Source: Desulfobacterales bacterium (GTDB taxonomy: Bacteria > Desulfobacterota > Desulfobacteria > Desulfobacterales > UBA5852). Taken from it: a DNA stretch of 64,000 nucleotides. Below the pieces are notes generated by a model. It had not been told where the DNA came from and did not search any database. It saw only the letters and a list, made by a program, of their open reading frames with translations. Location of the stretch: contig CAXXVS010000002.1 of NCBI GenBank assembly GCA_963674755.2, positions 1,856,001 to 1,920,000 on the forward strand, given 5' to 3'. This document shows positions 21,127 through 30,326 of this stretch, piece after piece. Made by a program: the position numbers and the translations under genes. How positions within the stretch are numbered: the first letter of the stretch is position 1; each line of letters opens with the position of its first letter.

Positions 21127-21852
21127 TCACAAAATCATCCTGAAGAATTCCCTGGCACGATTTTGCTGTGGATTATTGAACACCTCGGCAGGCTCGCCCT
21201 TCTCTATAATCATGCCTTCATCCATGAAAATGAGCTGATGGCCGACTTCTTTGGCAAACCCCATCTCATGGGTTACCACGAGCATGGTCATTCCCTTTTC
21301 CGCCAACTTGCGCATGACTTCGAGGACCTCCCCCACCAATTCCGGGTCCAGCGCACTGGTGGGTTCGTCGAATAGCATCACCTTGGGCTCCATGGCCAAA
21401 GCCCTGGCGATAGCGACACGCTGCTGCTGCCCTCCGGACAGCTGGCTGGGATAGTGATGGGATCGATCCGCGAGCCCCACGTCGGCAAGGCGGACGCTGG
21501 CTGCCTCCCGGCAACGCTTCATGGGGAGCTTCTTGACGACCCTAAGGCCGATAGCGACATTGTCGAGAGCGGTAAAATGCGGGAAGAGGTTGAAGTTTTG
21601 AAACACCATACCGACTTCCGACCTCAGCCGGTAGATATCGATACCAGGGCTGTGGACATTCACGCCGTTGACGATCACCTGGCCGGAATCGATGGGTTCA
21701 AGGGCATTGATAACCCGCAATAACGTTGATTTCCCCGAACCGCTCGGCCCCACGATGACCAGCACCTGGCCTTTTTCAACTTCGAGGCTGACACCGTTAA
21801 TAACCTTCAGTTGGTCAAACGATTTTTTGATATTGTCAAGTTGCACGATCAT
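21127..21852 (-). CDS. Polar amino acid ABC transporter ATP-binding protein (GlnQ-like)
   Basis: [35 protein letters not shown]. Confidence 0.95.
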   Translation of the reverse strand: MIVQLDNIKKSFDQLKVINGVSLEVEKGQVLVIVGPSGSGKSTLLRVINALEPIDSGQVIVNGVNVHSPGIDIYRLRSEVGMVFQNFNLFPHFTALDNVAIGLRVVKKLPMKRCREAASVRLADVGLADRSHHYPSQLSGGQQQRVAIARALAMEPKVMLFDEPTSALDPELVGEVLEVMRKLAEKGMTMLVVTHEMGFAKEVGHQLIFMDEGMIIEKGEPAEVFNNPQQNRAREFFRMIL

Positions 21853-22502
21853 GGGATTTTAAACCGCTTTTCCAAATTTTGGATGAAATAGGCCAACACT
21901 TGCGTCAGACTTATGTAAATGAGGGCCACCAGCGTAAATACCTGCATGTTCTCGAAGGTTGTCGAGGCCAGCAACTGTCCGGAACGCGTTAACTCGCGGA
22001 CGGTAATAACGCTGGCCAGGGACGAGTCTTTGAGCAGAATGATGAAGGAGGTTCCCAAAGGGGGCAAAATCGTCCGCGCCGCCTGCGGAAGGATGATGCG
22101 TGCCATGATCTGGTAGTTTTTGAAACCGATGGCCCTCGCGGCCTCCCACTGGCCCGAACTGATGGAAATAATGCCGGCCCTGAATATTTCGGCGTGATAG
22201 GCCGAGTAGCAGATACTCAGGCCAATGATACCGGCCTGAAGGGCCGTCAACTGAATACCGATGTCCGGCAAGACGAAATAGACATAGAACATCTGAACGA
22301 GCAGGGGGGTACCTCGAACGACGTTGATTATCACCCGCATCGTCTTTTGCAGAAGGCCGTAGCGGCTTAGCAGAGCCAATGCCCACAAAAACCCGAGGAC
22401 CGTCGACAACACGATGGAAGCCACGGTAATCTCCACCGTGTAGACCGTCCCTTTAAGCAGGATGGGCATAAAGTCGATGAAATTTTCGATCCAGTTCTCC
22501 AT
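21849..22502 (-). CDS. Polar amino acid ABC transporter permease
   Basis: [11 protein letters not shown] loop [15 protein letters not shown]. Confidence 0.93.
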   Translation of the reverse strand: MENWIENFIDFMPILLKGTVYTVEITVASIVLSTVLGFLWALALLSRYGLLQKTMRVIINVVRGTPLLVQMFYVYFVLPDIGIQLTALQAGIIGLSICYSAYHAEIFRAGIISISSGQWEAARAIGFKNYQIMARIILPQAARTILPPLGTSFIILLKDSSLASVITVRELTRSGQLLASTTFENMQVFTLVALIYISLTQVLAYFIQNLEKRFKIP

Positions 22503-22674
22503 GATATCCCACGCGCCAGGCCGGAAAGATTGCGAGAGGCTCCGGGAAAACCCGCCGGGCAGTCTGGAGCCTCTTCAGGTTAGCGTTACTGCAACCCCCG
22601 CGATGCCGCCTTTTGCACTGAAAACATCGTCAACCGGGCATTCCGCCAGGGGCGGCAAAGCATGGATCCGGACG

Positions 22675-23451
22675 TCATCCCCACTTCTTCAGAATTTCAG
22701 TCATGCGGCCGCTTTCTTGCAATTCTTGGACAACCTTGTTGACTTCCTCGAGCAGCTTGGGATCGGTTTTGTTGACACCGACACCGATCTGGCCGCACAT
22801 GACCGGCTCATAGCTTTCGACGACCCTGACATTGAATTCAGGCTTGGTCTTGGCCAGGTAGCGGGCGACGGGGCCGTCGCCAACGAAAGCATCGATGCGG
22901 CCGTTGGTGATTTCCAGAAGAACATCGCCGATATTGTCGTATATATTGACGTTGATAACGCCCCGCTCTTCCAGTCCCTTGGTGTAGACGGTGCCCACCT
23001 GGGCCCCCACGCGCAGTCCCTGAAGGTCCTCGATGCGTTTGTAGTTCTTGGTGTCGCTGGTTTTGACCACCAAGGCCTCGCAATAGGGGTAGACCGGGTT
23101 GGAAAAGTCGATCACCTCCTTGCGCTTGTCTGTAATGTACATGGCCGCGCAGATGAGGTCGATCTTGTGGGTGTCGAGACTCGGGATGAGCGCTGCCCAG
23201 GGGGTCTCCACAACTTCCAGCTCCACGCCGAGATAGTCGGCAATGACCTGTCCCACGTCCACCATGATCCCCACCACCTTACCGCTTTTTGTATCCAGAA
23301 AGGTGGCCGGCACGCCGGTTACCGTCGAACCGATGCGTAGCTTGCCGGCGGCTTTTATGCGCGTGACGGCGTCGTCGGCCGCCAGGGTCGTTGTGCTCAA
23401 AACGGCCACGAGCATGAGGGCTAAAACAGACAGGACGATGCGTTTCTTCAT
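22675..23451 (-). CDS. Polar amino acid ABC substrate-binding protein (SBP_bac_3)
   Basis: Signal peptide; ITDKRKEVIDFSNP, VGAQVGT, GRIDAF. Confidence 0.92.
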   Translation of the reverse strand: MKKRIVLSVLALMLVAVLSTTTLAADDAVTRIKAAGKLRIGSTVTGVPATFLDTKSGKVVGIMVDVGQVIADYLGVELEVVETPWAALIPSLDTHKIDLICAAMYITDKRKEVIDFSNPVYPYCEALVVKTSDTKNYKRIEDLQGLRVGAQVGTVYTKGLEERGVINVNIYDNIGDVLLEITNGRIDAFVGDGPVARYLAKTKPEFNVRVVESYEPVMCGQIGVGVNKTDPKLLEEVNKVVQELQESGRMTEILKKWG

Positions 23452-23606
23452 TGTTCTCCTCCTTTGATTGGCCCCGTGGGATTAATTGGGAGGTTTCCCC
23501 GCCCGCCTCTCCGGGGTCGTTTGCAAAAAGACACTGCTGTCATTGACTTAGGGCGATAGGCAACAACAAGGAATGGCCTCGGTCCTCCCCAGAAGATATT
23601 CGCAAC

Positions 23607-24800
23607 CTATTTCGAATCCGGGTAGGCCGGGTAGGCCGTATGCACATTGAGCTTCAGGCCCCGCTGGGCCAGCCCTTTAAAAAAGGCTTCGGGCGGGATG
23701 CATGCCTCCGCCGGCAGGGCGCCGCGTTTTTCAATCCTGCCGTCCCCAAGCATCCGCAGGGTCAAGGCCAATGGGAAACCGACGGTAAAGGGGCCAGCCG
23801 CCATGGACCAGGGTTCATAAGGGTGGCACATCAGCTCGGTGCGAATGAAATACTCGCGTCCGTCCTTAAGTCCGGTCACATCCACGAACAGGGCTTTATG
23901 GTCATCCGGTTTGCCGCTTGGCTTCGGTAGCTGCTCGGTCAGAGCGACCAGCATTTCGCGGGGGGAAACTTCCTTGCCGCCTATTTGCATGGGATCCTTG
24001 CGGCCAAACCCCAGTGCCGTCAAAAACCGCAATTTGTCTTCGAACACCTTGGGCAGGGAGAGCTTGAAGCTCATGTCCTTCAAGCCCTTGTCACGGAAGG
24101 TAGTCGGTACGGTGGCAACTTCCGAGTGGATGGTCGCGAAAACCGTCTGCGTTCCCACGGGCTCGGGGAAATCGATTTCTTCCGGGCGCGCGAACGGCTC
24201 CAGCTCTTTCCAGTCGCCATCCTCGAAGATAAATGGATTTTGGATGAATTCATCCAGGATCGTTTCCATGCTGTAGGGAACCGCCAGGGGGGTTTCCGCC
24301 GGTGCCAGATTGACGATGCCGTCGCGAATGTGAAACGCGTGAACCTCGTCGAGCATATCCACGGCATAGCGCCCCATGACATTGACCATACCGGGAGCCG
24401 TGCCCATGCCGAGGACCGCTGTCAGGCCGCGCGCCCTGAAATCCGAGTCCAGCTTCATCTGTTTGCGGGCAAAATGAAACAGACCTCCCATATCCGTGTA
24501 ATGGACCCCCTCCGCCAGGCAAGCCTCCATAACTTGAAGGTTCCGGTGATGACCGGTGCAGTTGGCCACCGCAGCGCACCCTTTGATGGCCGTCCGCAAG
24601 GCGTCACCATTGTCCACCTGGCAGGTGGCCATCGAAAATTTGCCCCCTCCGTATTTTTGGGCCCGGCGCTCCATTTCCGGCTTGGTCATATCCTGATCGA
24701 TGAGCACAACCTGGTCCACATCCGCCGACTCGGCCAGATCAGGGAGTGCTCCCAGGGCCATCCGTCCAGCAGCCCCCACGATACCAATTTTCATCGTCAT
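23607..24800 (-). CDS. Saccharopine dehydrogenase-like oxidoreductase (lysine 6-dehydrogenase/CASDH superfamily)
   Basis: Rossmann GAAGRMA, GVHYTDMGG, GMGTAPGMVN, HSEVAT, GALPAE. Confidence 0.8.
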   Translation of the reverse strand: MTMKIGIVGAAGRMALGALPDLAESADVDQVVLIDQDMTKPEMERRAQKYGGGKFSMATCQVDNGDALRTAIKGCAAVANCTGHHRNLQVMEACLAEGVHYTDMGGLFHFARKQMKLDSDFRARGLTAVLGMGTAPGMVNVMGRYAVDMLDEVHAFHIRDGIVNLAPAETPLAVPYSMETILDEFIQNPFIFEDGDWKELEPFARPEEIDFPEPVGTQTVFATIHSEVATVPTTFRDKGLKDMSFKLSLPKVFEDKLRFLTALGFGRKDPMQIGGKEVSPREMLVALTEQLPKPSGKPDDHKALFVDVTGLKDGREYFIRTELMCHPYEPWSMAAGPFTVGFPLALTLRMLGDGRIEKRGALPAEACIPPEAFFKGLAQRGLKLNVHTAYPAYPDSK

Positions 24801-24935
24801 CTCCTTGCAAAATCGTCTTTAGAAAAGCCTTTCGGGTCGAGGCCGGCATGGGCAGGACGAAAACCTGCGCATTGAAAAAGACATCGCCTCTGAAAGGGGT
24901 TGATCAGGTTTGGAAGCTATCAGGCATTGCATCAA

Positions 24936-24951
24936 TCAAGATGTATGCCAT
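24936..24951 (-). promoter_or_regulatory. Putative sigma-54 (-24/-12) promoter
   Basis: Minus strand TGGCATACATCTTGAT (GG-N10-GA; -12 deviates from GC) upstream of the 24800 start. Confidence 0.55.
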
Positions 24952-25068
24952 CAGCAAAAGGTCGCTTGGACAAAACCGATACAAGGGGGAGAAATATCCA
25001 TCATACGGCTGGGATGACGCTCTTGGGAAAATATGAAGCACATTTTTTGGTGAACCAACGACGCCAGA

Positions 25069-25117
25069 ATTGCATATACGCAATTGCACAAATGCAATTT
25101 ATTTGCAGCCATGCAAT
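25069..25117. promoter_or_regulatory. Three tandem TTGCA-N4-(T/C)GCAA palindromes, putative enhancer (UAS) sites
   Basis: ATTGCATATACGCAAT, ATTGCACAAATGCAAT, TTTGCAGCCATGCAAT about 120-170 bp upstream of the sigma-54 box. Confidence 0.65.
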
Positions 25118-25120
25118 TAC

Positions 25121-26869
25121 CTACCCATCAGCTTGGGTATATTTTCTGGAACGCTTCAGGCCATATTTTTGGAGTTTGCGCGTCACCGTTGCCGGATCTA
25201 TCCCCAGAGCCGAGGCCAGCGCTTTTTGGTTGGGAAAAGTTTGCAGCGCTTCCTGCAGCAGCCGCTGTTCAAAGCCCCATATCCTCTGTTTAAGATCCCA
25301 GCTGAGATGAGGCGGCTCGGCGACGGTGGACACATCCGGTTGGCTGGCGCTTTCGCCAGGATGTACGGCTGCGCGTATGTAGCCCGGCAGATCGGAAAGG
25401 CGCACCACTTCCGAGGAAGCCATGACGACGATCTGTTCGCACAGATGAATGAGTTCCCGCACGTTGCCCGGAAAAGCATACGTCAAAAGGGCGTCCATGG
25501 CCTCCATGGAAAGGGTTACGGGTCGATCGAACTTTCCTGCAAAATGGGCGATGAAGTGATTTACGAGGGCGGGAATATCTTCCTGCCGCTGGCTGAGGGG
25601 CGCGATCTCCAGGGGAACCACTCGGAGGCGATAGAATAAATCCTGCCGGAAGCCGCCTTGCGCCACCATGCCCTCGAGATCACGGTTCGTGGCCGCAACA
25701 ACGCGGATATCCAGTTGTCGGCCCTTGGTCGAACCCACCCGGAAAAAAGTGCCGTCATCCAGAAATCGAAGCAATTTCACTTGGGCCATGGATGGGATTT
25801 CCGCTACCTCGTCCAGAAAAAGGGTGCTCTGGTGGGCCAGTTCGACCAGTCCGGCCTTGCCTTCCTTGCGGGCCCCGGTAAATGCCCCGGGGTCATACCC
25901 GAAAAATTCCGATTCAAACAGGTTTTCCGGTATCGCCCCGCAGTTGACGCGGATCAGTGGCCGCTGGGATCGGGCCGAACTGCGGTGAATCAATTCGGCG
26001 ATCTTCTCCTTGCCGGACCCGGAGGGCCCCGTAATCAAAACGTTGGAGCTGACTTTGGCCGCCATGATCGCCTTTTCGATCAAACGCTGCATGCTGGCCG
26101 AGCGATAGACAATGTCGTCCTTTACGATTTCGGCAACATGATGATCGATCAACTGATCCTGAAATCGGGTGGAGATGGCCGTCTTGGACATGATCTCGTC
26201 CCGAAGTTTTTCCAAATGCCCCAGATCGCGGTCATTGCATACCACCATGACGATCTCCCCGCTTTCGTCAAAAACGGGGTTGCCGGTGGTCAGAATGTGC
26301 CGGCCGTCCCAGGTAATCTGGACTGTAGTGACCATCTGGCGGGTTTCCAGGACTTCCAGGGTGACAGAAGTATCGAAGTAGCCCTCGGCAACCAGATCGC
26401 GCATGTTGCGACCGACAAACGTTTCGGCTTTCATCCCGGATTTGCGTTCAAACGCCTTGCTGATCTTGATCACGTTGGCCTGATGATCGCATATCCACAG
26501 ACCGTCGAAGGAGGCATCGATGATGGCCTTGAACTGTTCGTTGAGCTCCTTGCTGTCGTCGCGATCATTCGGACCGCGCAGCCAGCAGATCAAACCATCG
26601 GCCCGCTGGTCCGATACAGGGTAGGCATCCATGACAAGCGCCTCAGCACCACGGCCTAAACGCACGCCGATCCGACCGCGCCCGGTGTACATCACATCTT
26701 CAAACTGCGGCCATTGCTGTGGATAGCGCGAAGCGATATTGCGGTCATCCCCAAGACGCATTTTGCGGACGCAATCCTCACTGCCCAAGACCACGCGCCC
26801 CTCGGCATCGAAGATCAAAACCCTGTCGATCAGGGCAGAAGGAAGGCCATAATCGTTATTATTTGGCAT
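25121..26869 (-). CDS. PAS-domain sigma-54-dependent enhancer-binding protein
   Basis: PAS, GPSGSGKE, ESEFFGY...GAFTGA, FLDEV, AATNRDL, FPGNVREL, C-terminal Fis HTH. Confidence 0.95.
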   Translation of the reverse strand: MPNNNDYGLPSALIDRVLIFDAEGRVVLGSEDCVRKMRLGDDRNIASRYPQQWPQFEDVMYTGRGRIGVRLGRGAEALVMDAYPVSDQRADGLICWLRGPNDRDDSKELNEQFKAIIDASFDGLWICDHQANVIKISKAFERKSGMKAETFVGRNMRDLVAEGYFDTSVTLEVLETRQMVTTVQITWDGRHILTTGNPVFDESGEIVMVVCNDRDLGHLEKLRDEIMSKTAISTRFQDQLIDHHVAEIVKDDIVYRSASMQRLIEKAIMAAKVSSNVLITGPSGSGKEKIAELIHRSSARSQRPLIRVNCGAIPENLFESEFFGYDPGAFTGARKEGKAGLVELAHQSTLFLDEVAEIPSMAQVKLLRFLDDGTFFRVGSTKGRQLDIRVVAATNRDLEGMVAQGGFRQDLFYRLRVVPLEIAPLSQRQEDIPALVNHFIAHFAGKFDRPVTLSMEAMDALLTYAFPGNVRELIHLCEQIVVMASSEVVRLSDLPGYIRAAVHPGESASQPDVSTVAEPPHLSWDLKQRIWGFEQRLLQEALQTFPNQKALASALGIDPATVTRKLQKYGLKRSRKYTQADG

Positions 26870-27722
26870 TGAAGCTCCGATTGAATTTTAGACGGGCGGT
26901 CCATCGCGATGAATGGATCCGAACATACGCTATCAATGGATAGCGCTTAACCCAGGCGCTAATCGACGTGACCTGGCGGTTAACATCAACTATCCTGAGA
27001 GCTGTGTCAACCAATTGCCCACACGCCGATTTGAGATCGTTTTGCCATACCCGCTACCCGGAATCGGGACGATCGGTTTGGGCCGTCATTTCGAACGCGA
27101 TCCGGAATCCGGTTTTGCCCGTTTCAATTGAAACCTATCGGCGCGTATCCGTGTCCGTCTGTGCCGAATTGAAGGCCTTTTGGTCTTTACGCTGTTGGCG
27201 AAGCCCCAAATGATGATTTGGTTTTCCGGATCAGTGTCCACCAGCGTTCACCTGTATCCCATTTTCGTAAGGTTAGATTGCCATCTAATCGTTTCCCAAA
27301 TTTCTTTCGAAATGGGATGGGAATAGCAAAAAAACAGACGCCCTCCTCCCCTCCCGCCGCACCCGCCGCGTTTTGCCCGGCGTCCGCCCCGACATCAACG
27401 TCGGCCGACCCTCCCGGCCATCCTCACCGAGCGTCTGACCCCTTCAAGGGGCCTACGAAGGTCGCCCTAGTGACGGCAAGGGTCCGAAGCATTATCGTCC
27501 GGTGGATGGGCGCTTGAATATACCGGGCGGTCGCGACCCACGCCGGGAGCCCGGGGCAATCCGCCGCGCGGGTATGATGGGCCGCATGCGAAGCAATCAA
27601 GGGACAGACCGCTAAGATCAGAAACCCGCCTCGGCTGGGCACAGAGCTGCCCTATAGCGACAGAGCGTTTTTCAACCACGGCGGTTGCGCGCCAAATCAT
27701 CTTGAACCAAGGAGTTTGGACC

Positions 27723-28094
27723 ATGCCACGTCTGCCGTTTTTCTGGTGGGTGCCTTGGGGGCGGGTATCCGAAGTGGACGCCGCCGACCTGGAAAAGGAG
27801 CTGCAAGGAGACGCTCCGCCGCAACTTCTGGATGTAAGGACGCGGCGGGAATTCAGAACCGGGCACATCGCGGGGGCGGTCCATGTTCCGATTGGGGCGC
27901 TTCGATCCAGGGTGCCGCACCTCCCCTTTGATCCGCGGCGCCCGATTGTGGCGATTTGTCTCTCGGCCCACAGGAATATTCCGGCCGTTAGGATGCTGAA
28001 ATCAGCCGGGTTCAAGGACGCCCGGCAACTGGCTGGCGGCATGTTGGCATGGCGCCGCAAGGGGTTGCCCACCCGATCGGATCACAGGCTTTAA
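27723..28094 (+). CDS. Rhodanese-like domain protein
   Basis: LLDVRTRREFRTGHIAGA, ICLSAHR, LAGGMLAW; RBS AAGGAG. Confidence 0.88.
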   Translation: MPRLPFFWWVPWGRVSEVDAADLEKELQGDAPPQLLDVRTRREFRTGHIAGAVHVPIGALRSRVPHLPFDPRRPIVAICLSAHRNIPAVRMLKSAGFKDARQLAGGMLAWRRKGLPTRSDHRL

Positions 28095-28108
28095 AAACAG
28101 AGTCGATC

Positions 28109-28271
28109 CTCACGCAAAGACGCAAAGTACGCAAAGAAGGTCAAAATCCCTGTGTCTCGCGCCCAGCCGCCAAGACCACCAAGAAAAACGCAACCGATGT
28201 TTTTTTCGGCCTCCGGCCGACATACCATTTTTGTTCGCAGTACTTTGCGTCCTTGGCGGCTTTGCGTGAGA
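28109..28271. repeat. CACGCAAAG...CTTTGCGTG palindromic repeat element, copy 1
   Basis: Terminal inverted arms CTCACGCAAAG / CTTTGCGTGAG; internal part closely matches the reverse complement of 38565-38675. Confidence 0.8.
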
Positions 28272-28311
28272 CTGAAGTTGCTTTTGCGGTAATTGCGGTT
28301 TCGGGGGAGCA

Positions 28312-28351
28312 CAAAAAAACCGGCCCCCTCGTAAAGTCAAGGAGCCGGTTC
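28312..28351 (-). terminator. Intrinsic terminator of riboswitch 1
   Basis: Minus strand AACCGGCTCC...GGGGGCCGGTT followed by a T run. Confidence 0.75.
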
Positions 28352-28357
28352 TGATTA

Positions 28358-28436
28358 TCCCTATGGCAACCCGGCTGTCTCCATAAGACCCGTGGCTTTC
28401 CGTCCCCGCCTCGCGGCGGGTTTGGCTATCGCGTGT
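28358..28436 (-). ncRNA. c-di-GMP-I (GEMM-I) riboswitch, copy 1
   Basis: Minus strand GCCAAACCCGCC-GCGA-GGCGGGGACGGAAAGCCACGGGTC...GACAGCCGGGTTGCC matches the GEMM-I architecture. Confidence 0.92.
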
Positions 28437-28453
28437 GGTTTGCTTCGCTTTGT

Positions 28454-29266
28454 TTAAGCTTCGGTTAATTCGGTAGCGCAGGAATAAGGGATTAGAGATC
28501 CTGTTAGTGCATCCCGCCAGATTTTTTCGCGATGGGCGGCTTCATACACGTCTTTCTCATCGGGAATTTTCTCCGCCACGTAGCCAACAATCCGTAATTC
28601 TTCCTCTGTAAGTGGTTCAGCTTCAATCATATCCGAATCTTTAATCGCTTTCACCAGATCTCTGTAATTATTCAACTGGGGACCATAGGTGATGGCGGCG
28701 TAGCTGGCACCTGTCAGGCCTGTGCCCAACTGGCGGAATGCCAGCATGTCGGCATACCAGAGATACTTGGCCAGGAATAACATCTTGTCGCCGGATTTAA
28801 GCAGGCGCTTTCCTAAAATTTGTTCAAACGTTTTTGCAACCAGCTTGATCCGGGGAAGACTTATCTCCCGGTTGCCGGTGTAGTTGTCAGCGCTGATATT
28901 GCATTGCAACTGCATCCGCAAGGCATGATCCATCGATTTGCTCTGAACCATGCCCGTCTCCCAGCGCTTGATGCTGGCAATACCGACATTCATCCTATCG
29001 GCCAGCTGCTGCTGGGTGAGTCCCTTCGCCTCGCGCAGGGATTTGATCTCCTGGCCGGTGAGTAAATCAACCTTGGCCCGGTAGGCATCGGCAATCGCGC
29101 GCTGCACCGCACCGGCCGACTGAACCGTCCCGGCCTCCAGGCCGCATTCCGGGCAGGTGTAAACCTCCACCGCGATGGCGATATCAACGCCTTTATAAGT
29201 CATTTCCTTTTGAACCGTATTTAATCCCATCGGTCCGTGACCTTTTGGGCAATTGAGGGTTTTCAT
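28454..29266 (-). CDS. Type II antitoxin: MqsA-like Zn-ribbon + XRE HTH + Panacea/DUF4065-like domain
   Basis: CPKGH...CPECG, LREAKGLTQQQLADRMNVGIASIKRWETG, KYLWYAD...YAAITYGP. Confidence 0.8.
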   Translation of the reverse strand: MKTLNCPKGHGPMGLNTVQKEMTYKGVDIAIAVEVYTCPECGLEAGTVQSAGAVQRAIADAYRAKVDLLTGQEIKSLREAKGLTQQQLADRMNVGIASIKRWETGMVQSKSMDHALRMQLQCNISADNYTGNREISLPRIKLVAKTFEQILGKRLLKSGDKMLFLAKYLWYADMLAFRQLGTGLTGASYAAITYGPQLNNYRDLVKAIKDSDMIEAEPLTEEELRIVGYVAEKIPDEKDVYEAAHREKIWRDALTGSLIPYSCATELTEA

Positions 29267-29337
29267 ACATCCTCCTTCATTGGCCGGTCCGGCTGAAGCG
29301 ACACAAGCCAAAACATCTCATTCTGCAGGGCAAACTT
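29263..29337 (-). pseudogene. C-terminal remnant of the cognate (MqsR/RelE-like) toxin
   Basis: KFALQNEMFWLVSLQPDRPMKEDV* ends in an ATGA overlap with the antitoxin start; no room for the rest of the gene before the promoter. Confidence 0.6.
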
Positions 29338-29362
29338 ATGGTATCAATTGATACCTTATCAA
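29334..29362 (-). promoter_or_regulatory. TA promoter with perfect 16-bp palindromic operator
   Basis: GGTATCAATTGATACC (29340-29355) fills the spacer after a TTGATA -35-like hexamer. Confidence 0.65.
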
Positions 29363-29429
29363 GTGAATTTGGGGTGAGCCACTTCGATATTCTTGGCGAT
29401 CCTGGCGTGGGTAAAGATGGTCTTAGGGA

Positions 29430-30271
29430 TTAAATTCTGTGTCCATTTTTGGCCTCTCCCTGCAAAGTGTAGCCCTCCTCGTTTGCTATAACTCTCCCCA
29501 GACGGGCCGCACGGCTGACGACCGATTGATTGAGACCAAGGCGCCTGGCTATATCGATGGTGGTGAGTCCGAGATCGTTGTGGGCGAAATGGCAGATCAA
29601 ACGCCTGGCCAGAACGCTTTTAGGGGTTTTGTCGCGGGTCAGAACCGTGGATTCGACCACATTCAATAATTCCGCGACACGGCTGACAACCTTTTCGAAA
29701 TCCAATCCCAGTGATCGCAGACGGGTATGCCGGGCCAGTTGTTCGTTGGCCCCGGCAAGCATCGCTTCCACAAAGTCGGAATCGCCCAAGACACGCTCGT
29801 CACCTTTCAATCGAACCCCGGCCTTCCGCAGTTTCTTGACGGTATCCCAGCCGCCGACGCTTCGAATAAGGCCTCCTTCGACCAGTCGCGCCCGCAGAGG
29901 ATTCAAGTGGATATAGCGCACAAGTTCCTTCAGGTACTTGTCTTCCTGGCAGAGGATGGATTTGTAGCGGTTCTGAAAGAGCGGTCCGTGCCGGCGGTAG
30001 TTGCGGTTGAAACTGACCGCATATCCGGTCAGCAGGCGCTGCATGACGCTGGCGATCGGCACCTCGCTCGATCTCAGCAGCAGGTGAACATGATTGGGAA
30101 TCAGCGCCCAGGCCAGGCATTGGGTACCGGTCTCGGTTATGAGAGTCGCGAGCCGATCGATAAACCCTCGCCGATCCACGTCGGAGCGAAAGATCTTGCG
30201 GCGTTCGATCCCTCGGACGATGATGTGGTGCACCGCCCCCTGGGAGCATCGATGCGGGCGCTACGCGGCAT
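29430..30271 (-). pseudogene. REP-associated tyrosine transposase (RAYT/Y1_Tnp), frameshifted and probably internally deleted
   Basis: MPRSARIDAP start is out of frame with HHIIVRGIERR; NHVHLL HUH motif, FQNRYKS, YIHLNP; LRARLV joins directly to EGGLIRS. Confidence 0.8.
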
Positions 30272-30326
30272 AAAGAAATGGTGCCAGATCAGGCAGGTTT
30301 AATACCATGCAGCCCCCCCTCCCCCT

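Noticed and set aside
22640..22677. Selenocysteine read-through of the binding-protein TGA, given selB in the window
   Set aside because: KKWG is a normal C-terminus for this family and another TGA follows shortly
26870..27720. ncRNA or gene in the 850-bp intergenic gap
   Set aside because: No motif, convincing ORF or recognisable RNA family by eye; would need cmscan/blastx
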